DNA from: Tissierella sp.
Lineage (GTDB): Bacteria > Bacillota > Clostridia > Tissierellales > Tissierellaceae
Reading direction: 5' to 3'
Assembly (NCBI RefSeq): GCF_052089545.1
Contig: NZ_JBQDAA010000003.1
Span: 1-37,751 of the forward strand
Length of the DNA stretch: 37,751 nucleotides
In this document: positions 19,825 through 33,722 of the stretch, piece by piece
How positions within the stretch are numbered: position 1 is the stretch's first letter
Layout: every line of letters begins with the position of its first letter
Translations under genes and position numbers: made by a program
The notes under the pieces: model-generated
The model's input: only the letters and a program-made list of their open reading frames with translations
Told to the model about the DNA's origin: nothing
The model's database searches: none

Positions 19825-20720
19825 TTAAAGAAATCTTAGAAATTGGAAGAGATAGGTTAAAGGATTTAGAATATATAGATCCTATTAAAGAATCCATATA
19901 TATATTTTCAAAGCTTTTGGGAGTAGATAAATCTTATATATATATAAACCTAGATAAATGGGTAAGTAAAGAAGAAGAAGAAAGCTTTTTTACTCTAATA
20001 GATAGAAGAGCACTTGGTGAACCTATTAGTTATATATTTGAGGAAAAAGAATTTATGGGACTGGATTTATTTGTAGAAAAAGGAGTTTTAGTCCCAAGGG
20101 CTGAAACAGAAGAGTTAGTAGAGTATATTTTGAACTATATAGATAAAAACTTTGGAGACGATCTGGTAAAAGTTTTAGAGATAGGTGTAGGAACTGGGGC
20201 TATATCGCTTAGTATTGGTGACAAGTGTAAAAATGCCCAAGTTCTTGGTATTGATATAGGAGATAGACCGATAAGGGTTGCAAACAAAAATTTAAGAAGA
20301 CTTGGACTTACAAATGTAAATTTTCGAAAGAGTGATTTATTTACTAATATAAAAAGTGATAAGAAGTTTTCTGTAATAGTTTCAAATCCTCCCTATATAA
20401 AAACAGATGTAATAGATGAACTTCAGGTAGATGTAAAAAAGTTTGAGCCAAGACTTGCTCTTGATGGAGGTCATGATGGTCTCTTGTTTTATAGAAGGAT
20501 AAGTCAAGAAGGCAAGGAGTATTTACTAAATGGCGGTATGCTTATATATGAGATAGGTTTTGATCAAGGTGAAAGTGTAAAAGAAATACTTGAAAAAGAA
20601 GGATTTAAAAATACTTTAGTAATAAAAGACCTTCAAGGTCTTGATAGAATAGTACTCGGGTTTAAAAAACAAGGAGAGGAATATGGCAGTTTTAATACAG
20701 CTTTTTATAACTTTCTTTAA
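19818..20720 (+). CDS. prmC: Release factor glutamine methyltransferase
   Basis: GEPISYI, VLVPRAETEELVE, GVGTGAI, SNPPYI, EPRLALDGG.DGL. Confidence 0.95.
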   Translation: MVIKEILEIGRDRLKDLEYIDPIKESIYIFSKLLGVDKSYIYINLDKWVSKEEEESFFTLIDRRALGEPISYIFEEKEFMGLDLFVEKGVLVPRAETEELVEYILNYIDKNFGDDLVKVLEIGVGTGAISLSIGDKCKNAQVLGIDIGDRPIRVANKNLRRLGLTNVNFRKSDLFTNIKSDKKFSVIVSNPPYIKTDVIDELQVDVKKFEPRLALDGGHDGLLFYRRISQEGKEYLLNGGMLIYEIGFDQGESVKEILEKEGFKNTLVIKDLQGLDRIVLGFKKQGEEYGSFNTAFYNFL

Positions 20721-21204
20721 GATAGGGGCGTTTAGCTTTGGTGGAGGATATGCTATGCTTCCTTTACTTGAAGAAGAGGTTATCAGAAACCATGCATGGA
20801 TGACAAGTAGTGAATTTATAGATATATTTGCGATATCAGAGATGACGCCTGGTCCTATTGCAGTAAATGCTGCTACATTTTTAGGTTTTAGAGTAAGTGG
20901 AATCCTTGGGGCTGCAATAGCTACCTTTGCAGTTATACTTCCTTCATTTATAATTATAAGTATAATATTTGCCTCGCTTTCAAAATTTAAAAACTCAAAA
21001 TATGTAGCTTGGATATTTGAAGGAATAAGGCCAATTGTTATAGGTCTTATATTGGCTGCGGGTATTACAGTATCTCAAAGTAGTTTTGTAGATATAAAGT
21101 CGGTTTTGATAGCTATAAGCCTTTTTTATGGAGTGACATTTAAAAATTTAAATCCCATAATTGCAATTATTATTGGAGGAGTTTTAGGGGTGATGCTTTA
21201 TTAA
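20683..21204 (+). CDS. Short-chain chromate ion transporter (CHR) subunit
   Basis: FFKIGAFSFGGGYAM, TPGPIAVN, LPSF, GIRP. Confidence 0.9.
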   Translation: MAVLIQLFITFFKIGAFSFGGGYAMLPLLEEEVIRNHAWMTSSEFIDIFAISEMTPGPIAVNAATFLGFRVSGILGAAIATFAVILPSFIIISIIFASLSKFKNSKYVAWIFEGIRPIVIGLILAAGITVSQSSFVDIKSVLIAISLFYGVTFKNLNPIIAIIIGGVLGVMLY

Positions 21205-21226
21205 AGGTTTTAGAAAGTATTTACAA

Positions 21227-21748
21227 ATGTTTTTAACATTTTTGAAAATAGGTGCATTTACCTTTGGCGGTGGCTTTGCTATGATTCCTATTATACAAAA
21301 AGAAGTAGTTGAAAATAAAAACTGGATAAAAGATGAAGAATTCATAGATACTATATCTATAGCTCAATCCTCACCTGGACCTATAGCTGTAAATTCAAGT
21401 ATATTTTTAGGATATAGGATGGAAGGGCTTCCAGGGGCACTTGTTTGCACTATAGGGACTGTTCTTCCTTCCTTTTTTATAATACTTATTATAGCAGTTT
21501 TTTTTACGCAGTTTCAAAACAATCCTATATTTGAAAAAATATTTTTAGGAATTAGACCAGTTGTTGTAGCACTTATATTTTCAGCTGTTTATAAGCTTAT
21601 TACAAAGGCACATTTAGGATATAAAGATTTAGCTATTGCTATTATTGCAGCATTGACATTGGTTATATTTAGAGTAACAGCTATATATATAATAATTGTA
21701 GGAGTAGTAGCAAGGGTGATTTATAATAAATTTAAAAATAAAGAGTAA
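21227..21748 (+). CDS. Short-chain chromate ion transporter (CHR), partner subunit; start uncertain
   Basis: FLKIGAFTFGGG, QSSPGPIAVN, LPSF, GIRPVVVAL. Confidence 0.88.
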   Translation: MFLTFLKIGAFTFGGGFAMIPIIQKEVVENKNWIKDEEFIDTISIAQSSPGPIAVNSSIFLGYRMEGLPGALVCTIGTVLPSFFIILIIAVFFTQFQNNPIFEKIFLGIRPVVVALIFSAVYKLITKAHLGYKDLAIAIIAALTLVIFRVTAIYIIIVGVVARVIYNKFKNKE

Positions 21749-21765
21749 TTTAGTGGAGGATTTTT

Positions 21766-22833
21766 ATGTTAGAAAAATTAGGTTTTATTGAAAAAAAATA
21801 TGATGAATTAAATCAAAGGATAATGGATCCAGATCTTGTAAAGGATTTAGATGAGTATCAAAGCGTCATGAAAGAACATTCAGATATCGAACCTATAGTT
21901 TTTAAGTATAAAGAATATACAAGAATACTAGAAGAGCTAGAAGATGCAAAAGAACTTCTTCATGACAAGCTAGATGATGATATGAATGAGATGGTAAAAG
22001 AAGAAATAAAAGGATTAGAAGAGGAACAAGAAACAATAGAAGAAGAACTTAGGCTTCTTTTAATTCCAAAAGATCCAAATGATCACAAAAACGTAATAGT
22101 AGAAATAAGAGGAGGAGCTGGAGGAGACGAAGCAGCTCTATTTGCAGGAGTCCTATTTAGAATGTACTCTAGATATGCTGAAAGAAACAACTGGAAAGTT
22201 GAAATTATGGATTCCAATGAAATAGGTATAGGTGGATTTAAAGAAGTTATATTTATGATAAAAGGTAAAGGCGCATTTAGTAGACTTAAATATGAATCTG
22301 GTGTTCATAGAGTTCAAAGAGTTCCGGAAACAGAGTCAAGTGGTAGGATTCATACATCTACTGCAACAGTAGCCGTTCTTCCTGAAGCTGAAGATGTTGA
22401 CATAGAAATAGAAGCAAAAGATTTAAAAGTAGATACTTATAGAGCATCAGGAGCAGGAGGACAACACGTAAATACTACCGACTCTGCTATTAGAATAACT
22501 CATATTCCAACAGGGATCATAGTATCTTGTCAAGATGAAAAAAGTCAAACTAAAAACAAGGCTAAAGCTATGAAAATTATAAAAACTAGGATATATGATA
22601 AAGTCTTAAGTGACCAACAAAAAGAGATAGCTCAAGACAGAAAAGGTCAGGTAGGTACAGGAGATAGATCTGAAAGAATAAGAACATATAACTATCCTCA
22701 AACTAGGATAACAGATCACAGGATAAATTATACAGTTAATAAATTTTCTGATTTTTTAGATGGAGATTTAGATGAACTTATAGATGCTCTTATAACTACT
22801 GATCAAGCAGAAAAATTACAAGAAAACGCATAA
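21766..22833 (+). CDS. prfA: Peptide chain release factor 1
   Basis: [18 protein letters not shown] (PxT), [17 protein letters not shown]. Confidence 0.98.
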   Translation: MLEKLGFIEKKYDELNQRIMDPDLVKDLDEYQSVMKEHSDIEPIVFKYKEYTRILEELEDAKELLHDKLDDDMNEMVKEEIKGLEEEQETIEEELRLLLIPKDPNDHKNVIVEIRGGAGGDEAALFAGVLFRMYSRYAERNNWKVEIMDSNEIGIGGFKEVIFMIKGKGAFSRLKYESGVHRVQRVPETESSGRIHTSTATVAVLPEAEDVDIEIEAKDLKVDTYRASGAGGQHVNTTDSAIRITHIPTGIIVSCQDEKSQTKNKAKAMKIIKTRIYDKVLSDQQKEIAQDRKGQVGTGDRSERIRTYNYPQTRITDHRINYTVNKFSDFLDGDLDELIDALITTDQAEKLQENA

Positions 22834-22863
22834 TAGGAGAGATGACTTCTCTTCTATTTTTAT
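22833..22863 (+). terminator. Probable terminator after prfA
   Basis: ATAGGAGAGA-tgact-TCTCTTCTAT then T-run. Confidence 0.55.
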
Positions 22864-22888
22864 ATAAAAATATGTAAAGAGGTAAAAT

Positions 22889-23932
22889 ATGGAGACTAAA
22901 ATAGTAAAGATAGATAAAGAGGATTTTAAAAAAGAAGATCTATTAGGAGCATCTCAGATTCTTAAAGATGGTGGGGTAGTTGCTTTTCCAACAGAAACAG
23001 TTTATGGTCTTGGTGCAAATGGTTTAGACGAAATGGCTGTAAAAAAGATATATAAAGCTAAAGGAAGACCATCTGACAATCCGCTCATACTTCATATAGG
23101 AGAGGTAGATCAGTTAGATTCATTAGTAGAAGAAATACCAGATATAGCTTTTAGGTGTATAGATAAGTTTTGGCCAGGGCCTTTAACCATAATCCTTAAA
23201 AGATCTCATAAAATTCCAGATATAATAACGGCAGGACTAGACAGTGTTGCTATAAGAATGCCTGAAGAGCCAATAGCACGAGAACTTATAAACTTAGCTA
23301 GTCTTCCTATAGCAGCTCCTTCAGCAAACTTATCTGGAAGACCCAGTCCTACAAGTGGAGCACATGTAATAGAGGACATGATTGGTAAGATAGATGTAAT
23401 AATAGACGGTGGAGATACTGGGATAGGTCTTGAATCAACAGTACTTGATTTATCTGGTGATAGACCTATGATACTTAGACCTGGTGGTGTAAGTTATGAA
23501 GAGCTTAAAAAGATTATTCCACATGTGATTGAAGACAGGGCAAATTTAGAAAGTAAGGAAATACCTAAATCGCCTGGACAAAAATACCGTCATTATGCAC
23601 CAAAAGCTGAGATGATAGTGTTTCAGGGGGAGACAGAAGATATAGTTAAAACTATAAATGAAAGAATAGGAAAGTATATATATGAAGGTAAAAAAATAGG
23701 TGTTATGGCAACAGATGAAACCCAGGATAGATATTCTAAAGGAATAATAAAAACTCTTGGAACAAGAAAAGATAAACGATCAATAGCCACAAAGCTTTTT
23801 AAAGTTCTTAGAGAATTTGATGAGTTAAATGTAGATATAATACTATCTGAAGGTGTAGAACTTGATGATATAGGAAAGGCTATAATGAATAGAATGATGA
23901 AAGCTTCAGGAGGCAACATTGTAAATTGTTAG
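22889..23932 (+). CDS. sua5: Threonylcarbamoyl-AMP synthase Sua5/TsaC2 (YwlC)
   Basis: PTETVYGL, KGRPSDNPLI, WPGPLT, APSANLSG, PG.KY.HYAP plus C-terminal SUA5 domain. Confidence 0.95.
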   Translation: METKIVKIDKEDFKKEDLLGASQILKDGGVVAFPTETVYGLGANGLDEMAVKKIYKAKGRPSDNPLILHIGEVDQLDSLVEEIPDIAFRCIDKFWPGPLTIILKRSHKIPDIITAGLDSVAIRMPEEPIARELINLASLPIAAPSANLSGRPSPTSGAHVIEDMIGKIDVIIDGGDTGIGLESTVLDLSGDRPMILRPGGVSYEELKKIIPHVIEDRANLESKEIPKSPGQKYRHYAPKAEMIVFQGETEDIVKTINERIGKYIYEGKKIGVMATDETQDRYSKGIIKTLGTRKDKRSIATKLFKVLREFDELNVDIILSEGVELDDIGKAIMNRMMKASGGNIVNC

Positions 23933-23942
23933 GAGGAAAAAG

Positions 23943-24383
23943 GTGAATATACTATTTGTATGTACAGGAAATACTTGTAGAAGTCCCATGGCTGAGGGTA
24001 TACTTAAAAAGATTACAATAGAAAAAGATTTAGATGTAGATTCTAGATCTGCAGGTATATTTGCTAGTGGGGGAAGTAGTGCAAATGAAAATGCCATTCT
24101 TGCTATGCAAGATATTGGAATAGATATAGAGCATCATGTTTCTAAAAATATAAGTGATGAGCTTATAGATAGTAGTGATTTGATCCTTACTATGACAATG
24201 GGACATAAGGATCTTTTAATTGAGAGATATCCTAAAAAAAGATATAAGATATTTTTATTAAATGAATATGCATTTGGCCAAGAAAAGGATATAAAGGACC
24301 CATATGGTAGAGATAAATTAGAATATGACAAGTCAAGAGATGAAATTTTAAAAGCCGTTGAAAAGATATACGGTCATATATAA
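23943..24383 (+). CDS. ywlE: Low-molecular-weight protein arginine phosphatase (YwlE-like)
   Basis: VCTGNTCRSPMAE P-loop, DPYG; synteny sua5-ywlE-rpiB. Confidence 0.85.
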   Translation: MNILFVCTGNTCRSPMAEGILKKITIEKDLDVDSRSAGIFASGGSSANENAILAMQDIGIDIEHHVSKNISDELIDSSDLILTMTMGHKDLLIERYPKKRYKIFLLNEYAFGQEKDIKDPYGRDKLEYDKSRDEILKAVEKIYGHI

Positions 24384-24402
24384 AAACATAGGAGGAAAAA
24401 AG

Positions 24403-24834
24403 ATGAAAATAGGTATAGGCAGTGACCATGGTGGATTTGAACTAAAAGAATTTATAAAAAAGGAATTTGAAGGAGAGACTGTAGAATTTGTAGATTATGG
24501 AACTAAATCTACTGATTCGGTAGATTATCCAGACTTTGGAAAAGCAGTAGGTCAAGCTGTAGTTGCTGGAGAAGTAGATAAAGGAATTGTTATATGTGGT
24601 ACTGGTATAGGTATTTCCATTGCTACAAATAAAGTAAAAGGTACAAGATGTGCTCTTTGTAATGACTTGTATTCTGCTAAAATGAGTAGAGAGCACAATG
24701 ATGCAAATGTCCTTGCTATGGGAGCTAGAGTTATAGGGAGTGGAGTTGCTAGTGAAATAGTAAAAATATTTCTAGAGGAAGAATTTGCAGGAGGAAGACA
24801 TAGCAAAAGAGTTCAAAAAATAAATGAAATTTAA
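24403..24834 (+). CDS. rpiB: Ribose-5-phosphate isomerase B
   Basis: SDHGG, DYPD, CGTGIG, REHNDAN, GGRH..RV; start ATG 24403 after GGAGG. Confidence 0.96.
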   Translation: MKIGIGSDHGGFELKEFIKKEFEGETVEFVDYGTKSTDSVDYPDFGKAVGQAVVAGEVDKGIVICGTGIGISIATNKVKGTRCALCNDLYSAKMSREHNDANVLAMGARVIGSGVASEIVKIFLEEEFAGGRHSKRVQKINEI

Positions 24835-24883
24835 GATATAAATATGATATAATACTAAATGAAAAAATAAGGAGGAATAGTAT

Positions 24884-25513
24884 ATGGGAAAAATAACTGT
24901 TTTAGATCACCCTCTAATTAAACATAAACTAACTTACATTAGGGATATAAAAACTGGATCAAAGGAATTTAGAGAACTTGTTTCTGAAGTTTCTATGCTT
25001 ATGGGATATGAGGTAACAAGAGACTTAGAACTTGAAGATATTGAAATAGAAACTCCAATTACAAAAATGATGTCACCAGCATTAGCGGGTAAAAAATTAG
25101 GTATTGTACCTATTTTAAGAGCAGGACAGGGAATGGTAGAAGGAATGCTTACCTTACTTCCAGCAGCAAAGGTAGGACATGTTGGACTTTATAGAGATCC
25201 TGAAACATTACAGGCTGTAGAATACTATTGTAAAATGCCTCAAGATATCAATGAAAGAAAACTGATAGTTGTAGACCCAATGCTTGCAACAGGAGTTTCA
25301 GCTATAGCCGCTATAGATGCTATAAAGAAAAGAGGAGCTAAAAGCATAAAGTTTGTATGTCTAGTATCAGTTCAAGAAGGATTAGACGCTTTACAAAAAG
25401 CACATCCAGATGTAGATATATATGTAGCAAGTATAGATGAAAGATTAAATGAACATGCATATATTTATCCAGGTCTTGGAGATGCTGGCGATAGATTGTA
25501 TGGAACTAAATAG
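24884..25513 (+). CDS. upp: Uracil phosphoribosyltransferase
   Basis: [31 protein letters not shown]. Confidence 0.97.
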   Translation: MGKITVLDHPLIKHKLTYIRDIKTGSKEFRELVSEVSMLMGYEVTRDLELEDIEIETPITKMMSPALAGKKLGIVPILRAGQGMVEGMLTLLPAAKVGHVGLYRDPETLQAVEYYCKMPQDINERKLIVVDPMLATGVSAIAAIDAIKKRGAKSIKFVCLVSVQEGLDALQKAHPDVDIYVASIDERLNEHAYIYPGLGDAGDRLYGTK

Positions 25514-25519
25514 GTAAAT

Positions 25520-25561
25520 AATAAAAAGGCTTAGATTTTCTAAGCCTTTTTATTGTTTTTT
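25520..25561 (+). terminator. Terminator after upp
   Basis: AATAAAAAGGCTTAGA-TTT-TCTAAGCCTTTTTATT. Confidence 0.8.
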
Positions 25562-25808
25562 GTTTTATTTTAAAAGCTTAAATTTTGACAAAATTACTTA
25601 ATAACTGTATGTATAATTGAGGGGAAATTAGCTATATTGTCTATAAAAGTTATATAATTATATCCGATATAGTTAAATAAGAATAGGACCTTATATAAAA
25701 TGAAGTAATTGGTGTTTATTCTTGTAAATATCTAAATCTTTTGATAAAATGAAATATGTGAAAGAAAACGTTTCATAGCAAGTAAAAACTTTTTGAGGAG
25801 TGGTCCTG

Positions 25809-26039
25809 ATGAAAAAAAATGATAAAGATAGGAGTGCTCTTAAAAATTTAGCCCTTATTTCACAAATAGGTATATCCATGATTACACCTATATTTTTAGG
25901 TATATATATTGGTGGTTGGATAGATAAATGGGTAGGAACAGATGGCGTTTTCATGATTATATTTATGCTTTTAGGTGTAGGTGGAGGATTTATGAATGTC
26001 TTTAAGATAACAGGTGCCTTTAAGAATAAAAGGAAGTGA
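25809..26039 (+). CDS. AtpZ/AtpQ-like small membrane protein (ATP synthase gene 1 family)
   Basis: LISQIGISM..PI..G...G..ID; two TM helices; first gene of atp operon. Confidence 0.82.
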   Translation: MKKNDKDRSALKNLALISQIGISMITPIFLGIYIGGWIDKWVGTDGVFMIIFMLLGVGGGFMNVFKITGAFKNKRK

Positions 26040-26422
26040 TGGTAGAACAAATGAATGATGATATCATTATGAAAGTCTACAGACGAACAGCTATAGCTGG
26101 TTTGTTAATTATTGGCTTTATGTTTTTTTTATTTAAAAACCCAAAACCTATAGCGTTGGGATATTTATTTGGAATACTTATTAGTATCTTATCTTTTAAG
26201 CTTTTAGAAAGCACTATAAATAGGGCTGTAACAATGACACCTAAAGGTGCTAGGAGTTATACTATTAAGCACTATATGATTAGATCTGTGATATATCTAA
26301 TAGTACTGATGATATCTATAGTAGCTGATTATTTGAATTTTCCAGCTACTGTATTAGGTCTTTTAATGGTGAAATTTACTATAGTAGTTTCTAATATTAT
26401 AGATAAAGACTTTACAAAGTAA
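26036..26422 (+). CDS. atpI: ATP synthase subunit I
   Basis: About 128-aa 4-TM protein with Y..R motif, directly before atpB. Confidence 0.85.
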   Translation: MMVEQMNDDIIMKVYRRTAIAGLLIIGFMFFLFKNPKPIALGYLFGILISILSFKLLESTINRAVTMTPKGARSYTIKHYMIRSVIYLIVLMISIVADYLNFPATVLGLLMVKFTIVVSNIIDKDFTK

Positions 26423-26473
26423 ATCTGAATACTCATATTAAAAGTATAATTTTATTTTGGAAGGAGGAATATT

Positions 26474-27456
<983 letters not shown>

Positions 27457-27495
27457 TTTAAGTATAGGTTTTACCTTTACTAAGGAGGTTAGCAG

Positions 27496-28011
27496 ATGGG
27501 AGATATTAAAGTATTAGTCTTGCCACAACTAGTACCTATGCTTATTATTTTAGTTTCTGTTTTTATTCTATTTATGATATTAAAGAAGTTTCTTCATAAA
27601 CCAGTTACAGAATTTATACAAAAGAGACAGGAAAATATTGAAACTGATATAGAAGATGCTAAGATTTTAAAACAAGAAGCTATAGATTTAAAAGCTGAGT
27701 ATGAAGATAGAATAGAAAAAGCAAAACTAGAAGGCCAAGAGATAGTTGAAAGTTCTAGAGTTAGGGGTACTGAGTTAGAAAAGACTATGTTAGAAGATGC
27801 TAAAAAAGAATCAGAAAAAATACTAGAAAGAGCTAGGATACAGATAGCTCGTGAAAAAGAAAAAGCATATGATGATGTTAAAAAGTCTGCAGGAGAGATG
27901 GCAATACTTATTGCAACAAAGATTATGGAAAAAGATATAGATTTAGAAAACCAAAATATCTTAATAGATAAATTTATAGATGAGGTAGGTAGTTCTAAAT
28001 GGCAGAATTAG
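27496..28011 (+). CDS. atpF: F0 subunit b
   Basis: N-terminal TM, KP...I.KR, long coiled coil; operon position. Confidence 0.93.
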   Translation: MGDIKVLVLPQLVPMLIILVSVFILFMILKKFLHKPVTEFIQKRQENIETDIEDAKILKQEAIDLKAEYEDRIEKAKLEGQEIVESSRVRGTELEKTMLEDAKKESEKILERARIQIAREKEKAYDDVKKSAGEMAILIATKIMEKDIDLENQNILIDKFIDEVGSSKWQN

Positions 28012-28541
28012 TAGGTAAAAGATATGCCTCATCTCTATTTGAAGTTGGACTTGAATTGGAAAATATAGAGGAGTTTCACAGTCAGCTAGAATTTATAAAA
28101 GAAACTCTTATTTCAGAAGAAAAACTTTTACAAATACTAGAACATCCAAGGATTGCTAAGAATGAAAAAAGAAAATTAGTAGAATCTATATTTAAGAAAA
28201 ATATATCTAAAGAAGTTTTAAATTTTCTATATGTAATTATAGATAAAAAAAGAGAGAGCAGTATTATGGATATAGTAAAAGAGTATAATACTCTTTTTAA
28301 AGAATATAAAAATATATTAGATATAGAAGCTGTAACGGCAGTTGAAATGGAAGAATCTTCTAAAAAGCGATTACGAGCTGTATTAAAAGATAAATTTCAT
28401 AAAGAAGTTCGTCTTTCAAACTTAGTAGATCCTTCTATTATAGGAGGAGTGCTTTTAAGAATGGATGAAAAGATAATTGACTCTTCAATTAAGAGTCAAC
28501 TTAAAGAAATGGAAAGTATCATAAAAGATGTATCATTATAG
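27999..28541 (+). CDS. atpH: F1 subunit delta
   Basis: KRYASSLF, VDPSIIGG, IDSSIK. Confidence 0.94.
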   Translation: MAELVGKRYASSLFEVGLELENIEEFHSQLEFIKETLISEEKLLQILEHPRIAKNEKRKLVESIFKKNISKEVLNFLYVIIDKKRESSIMDIVKEYNTLFKEYKNILDIEAVTAVEMEESSKKRLRAVLKDKFHKEVRLSNLVDPSIIGGVLLRMDEKIIDSSIKSQLKEMESIIKDVSL

Positions 28542-28561
28542 AGAGATTGAGGTGAAAAAAT

Positions 28562-30064
28562 TTGGAGTTAAAACCAGAAGAAATAAGTTCAATTATAAAA
28601 GAGCAAATTAAAAAATATGAGAATAAACTAGAACTTGTAGATGTGGGTACTGTAATCCAGGTTGGAGACGGTATTGCAAGATTACATGGACTAGAAGGTT
28701 GTATGGCTGGAGAACTTATAGAATTTCCAGGCGATGTATATGGAATGGCTCTAAACTTAGAGGAAGACAACGTAGGTTGTGTACTTTTAGGATCTGATAA
28801 AGATATAAAAGAGGGAGACACCGTAAAAAGAACTGGTAGAATAGTAGAAGTACCAGTAGGAAATGCTCTAACAGGTAGGGTTGTAAATGCCCTAGGTCAA
28901 CCTATAGATGGAAAAGGAAGTATAAATACTAATAAGTTTAGCCCTATAGAAAAAATAGCACCTGGTGTTATAACTAGAAAAAGTGTACATGAACCACTTC
29001 AAACTGGAATAAAAGCAATAGATGCATTGTTCCCGATTGGTAGAGGGCAAAGAGAGCTTATAATAGGTGATAGACAGACAGGTAAAACTGCAATTGCAAT
29101 AGATACTATTTTAAACCAAGCAGATCAAGATGTTATGTGTATATATGTAGCGATAGGTCAAAAGAGATCTACCGTAGCACAAATTGTAGAAGTCCTACAA
29201 CAAAGAGGAGCAATGGACTATACTATAGTTGTTTCAGCTACAGCAAGTGAACTTGCACCGCTTCAATACATAGCTCCATATGCTGGAATCACTATGGCAG
29301 AAGAGTTTATGGCTCAAGGTAAAGATTGTTTGATAGTATATGATGACCTTTCAAAACATGCTACAGCATATAGATCCATGTCACTTCTTTTAAGAAGACC
29401 ACCAGGAAGAGAAGCTTTCCCTGGAGATGTATTCTATCTTCACTCAAGACTTCTTGAAAGAGCAGCAAAGCTTAATGAAGAAAATGGAGGCGGCTCAATA
29501 ACTGCCCTTCCTATAATAGAAACTTTAGAGGGAGATATCTCAGCTTATATACCAACTAACGTTATATCTATAACTGATGGGCAAATATTCTTAGAGACAG
29601 ATCTTTTCTTTGCAGGGCAAAGACCGGCTATAAATACTGGACTTTCTGTATCAAGAGTAGGTGGAGATGCTCAAATAAAAACTATGAAAGCTATAGGTGG
29701 TAAACTTAAGCTATCCATAGCTGAATATAGAGATTTAGTAGCATTTTCTCAATTTGGATCAGATCTTGACCCGGAAACTCAAGCCAGACTTAGTCACGGT
29801 GAAAGACTTATGGAAGTTTTAAAACAGGCTCAATATAGCCCTTTAAATGTTGAAGATCAAGTAATAATATTATATGTAGTTACACATAATCTTTTAAAAG
29901 ATATACCAGTAGATCAAATCTCATTATTTGAAAAAGAGTTCTTGGATTTTGTTCATAATAATTATCCTGAAACGGTAAAAATGATAAGTGAAAGAGAAGG
30001 ACTAGATGATGAAATAAGAGAAAATATAAAAAAAGCTATAGAAGAATTCAAAAAGAGCTTCTAG
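28562..30064 (+). CDS. atpA: F1 subunit alpha
   Basis: [43 protein letters not shown]. Confidence 0.98.
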   Translation: MELKPEEISSIIKEQIKKYENKLELVDVGTVIQVGDGIARLHGLEGCMAGELIEFPGDVYGMALNLEEDNVGCVLLGSDKDIKEGDTVKRTGRIVEVPVGNALTGRVVNALGQPIDGKGSINTNKFSPIEKIAPGVITRKSVHEPLQTGIKAIDALFPIGRGQRELIIGDRQTGKTAIAIDTILNQADQDVMCIYVAIGQKRSTVAQIVEVLQQRGAMDYTIVVSATASELAPLQYIAPYAGITMAEEFMAQGKDCLIVYDDLSKHATAYRSMSLLLRRPPGREAFPGDVFYLHSRLLERAAKLNEENGGGSITALPIIETLEGDISAYIPTNVISITDGQIFLETDLFFAGQRPAINTGLSVSRVGGDAQIKTMKAIGGKLKLSIAEYRDLVAFSQFGSDLDPETQARLSHGERLMEVLKQAQYSPLNVEDQVIILYVVTHNLLKDIPVDQISLFEKEFLDFVHNNYPETVKMISEREGLDDEIRENIKKAIEEFKKSF

Positions 30065-30087
30065 TTTAAAAAAATGGAGGTGATAGT

Positions 30088-32359
<2,272 letters not shown>

Positions 32360-32360
32360 T

Positions 32361-32762
32361 ATGGCTGGAATTCATCTAGATATAGTAACTCCTGATAGAT
32401 CATTCTTTAGTGAAGACATAGATAGTGTTATAGTTAGAGGATTAGAGGGAGATTTAGCTGTTTTAAAGGGAAGAACTCCTATAGTTACCCCTTTAAGAAT
32501 TGGAAAGGTAAGAATATTCCAAGATGATACTGAAAGAATAGCTACAGTATCAGATGGATATATTTCTGCAGTAAATGATAATGTGACTATAGTTACAGAC
32601 GCAGCAGAATGGCCTGAAGAAATAGATATAGATAGAGCAGAGGCTGCTAAAAAAAGAGCTGAAGAAAGACTCGATAAGTCAGAAGATGTTGATTTTGTGC
32701 GTGCAGAAGCTGCTTTAAAAAGATCTATAAATAGATTAGAATTATCAAAATATAGAAGATAA
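32361..32762 (+). CDS. atpC: F1 subunit epsilon
   Basis: IVTPD, G.L.VL.G.TP, AE..EEID..RA. Confidence 0.95.
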   Translation: MAGIHLDIVTPDRSFFSEDIDSVIVRGLEGDLAVLKGRTPIVTPLRIGKVRIFQDDTERIATVSDGYISAVNDNVTIVTDAAEWPEEIDIDRAEAAKKRAEERLDKSEDVDFVRAEAALKRSINRLELSKYRR

Positions 32763-32793
32763 ATAATAAAAAATAAATATTATAAAAGTGTAT

Positions 32794-32846
32794 AAAAAGT
32801 ATCCTTCCTAGTCAATACTTATAGTATAAGGGAAGGGTACTTTTTT
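32794..32846 (+). terminator. Terminator of atp operon (large loop)
   Basis: AAAAAGTATCCTTCC ... GGAAGGGTACTTTTTT. Confidence 0.6.
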
Positions 32847-32917
32847 ATTGTGATGTTTTGTCCCCCTTTACATTAAATAAAAAGACTCCTTCCCTAATTA
32901 ATACTAGGAGGATTAAT

Positions 32918-33706
32918 ATGAAAAAAACAATTATATTTGGACTTATTTTAATTTTAATGCTACCATTTTTCTCAAAGGCAGATAACTCAAAGGATGACTT
33001 AGATGTATTAGAGGAAATCTTATACGATTTAGAAGGTCAACCTACAGAAGTAGATATAGCTTTTAATGGTGTTATAGATGATAAGTTTTTAGGAGAAAAA
33101 GATATAAGTAAATTAGGAGAAAAGTTGATATCGGAAATTGGACTTGTTGGCGAAGAGGTAGATCCATTTATATTACAAGAAATTGATTTAAATGAATATT
33201 ATTCCAAAATGATAATATTTGAAGATAATTTTAGTCAAATAAATTATGATGGCTATGATATCGATGAAAACAAGATTTCTATAAATCTAAACTCATATTT
33301 AGATGAAGAAATGGATAAAGGCGAAACTACACTTTCTATAAGTATTATAAAAAATGATTGCTTTTTTGAAAAAAATGATATAATAGATAAAATAGAAGAT
33401 ATATACAAAGAGTTTAATTGTGAAGTAGATGTAACATCTTGCTTAATAGGTAAAATTGAAGGATTATCTAGTAAAGGAGACTATGTGGACAAGCTAAATG
33501 ATTCTTTAGAAAATATAAAGGGAAATATAGTAGATGAATTTTCAGAAGAACAATTTTCATCTTATACAATATATAGCCCATTAATTGAAAACTATTTGAC
33601 AATAAATAAAAAAAAGATTAACATTAACCTATCAATGAGGTATAATAGAGATGAAGATTATACATACCTGTGGATAGGTACGCCTATTATAACAGCAGGA
33701 TATTAA
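32918..33706 (+). CDS. ywmB: YwmB-family exported protein
   Basis: Signal-peptide-like N-terminus from ATG 32918 (SD AGGAGG); YSPLI...N......Y....IGTPIIT.GY C-terminus; atpC-ywmB-murA synteny. Confidence 0.8.
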   Translation: MKKTIIFGLILILMLPFFSKADNSKDDLDVLEEILYDLEGQPTEVDIAFNGVIDDKFLGEKDISKLGEKLISEIGLVGEEVDPFILQEIDLNEYYSKMIIFEDNFSQINYDGYDIDENKISINLNSYLDEEMDKGETTLSISIIKNDCFFEKNDIIDKIEDIYKEFNCEVDVTSCLIGKIEGLSSKGDYVDKLNDSLENIKGNIVDEFSEEQFSSYTIYSPLIENYLTINKKKININLSMRYNRDEDYTYLWIGTPIITAGY

Positions 33707-33722
33707 AGTAGGGGGAGATAAT

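Noticed and set aside
32858-32917. ORF-track upstream TTG start for ywmB (similarly rpiB 24358, rpmE 18554, fba 14481, atpZ 25800)
   Set aside because: Downstream starts have properly spaced SD sequences; several of the earlier starts fall within or overlap the SD itself.
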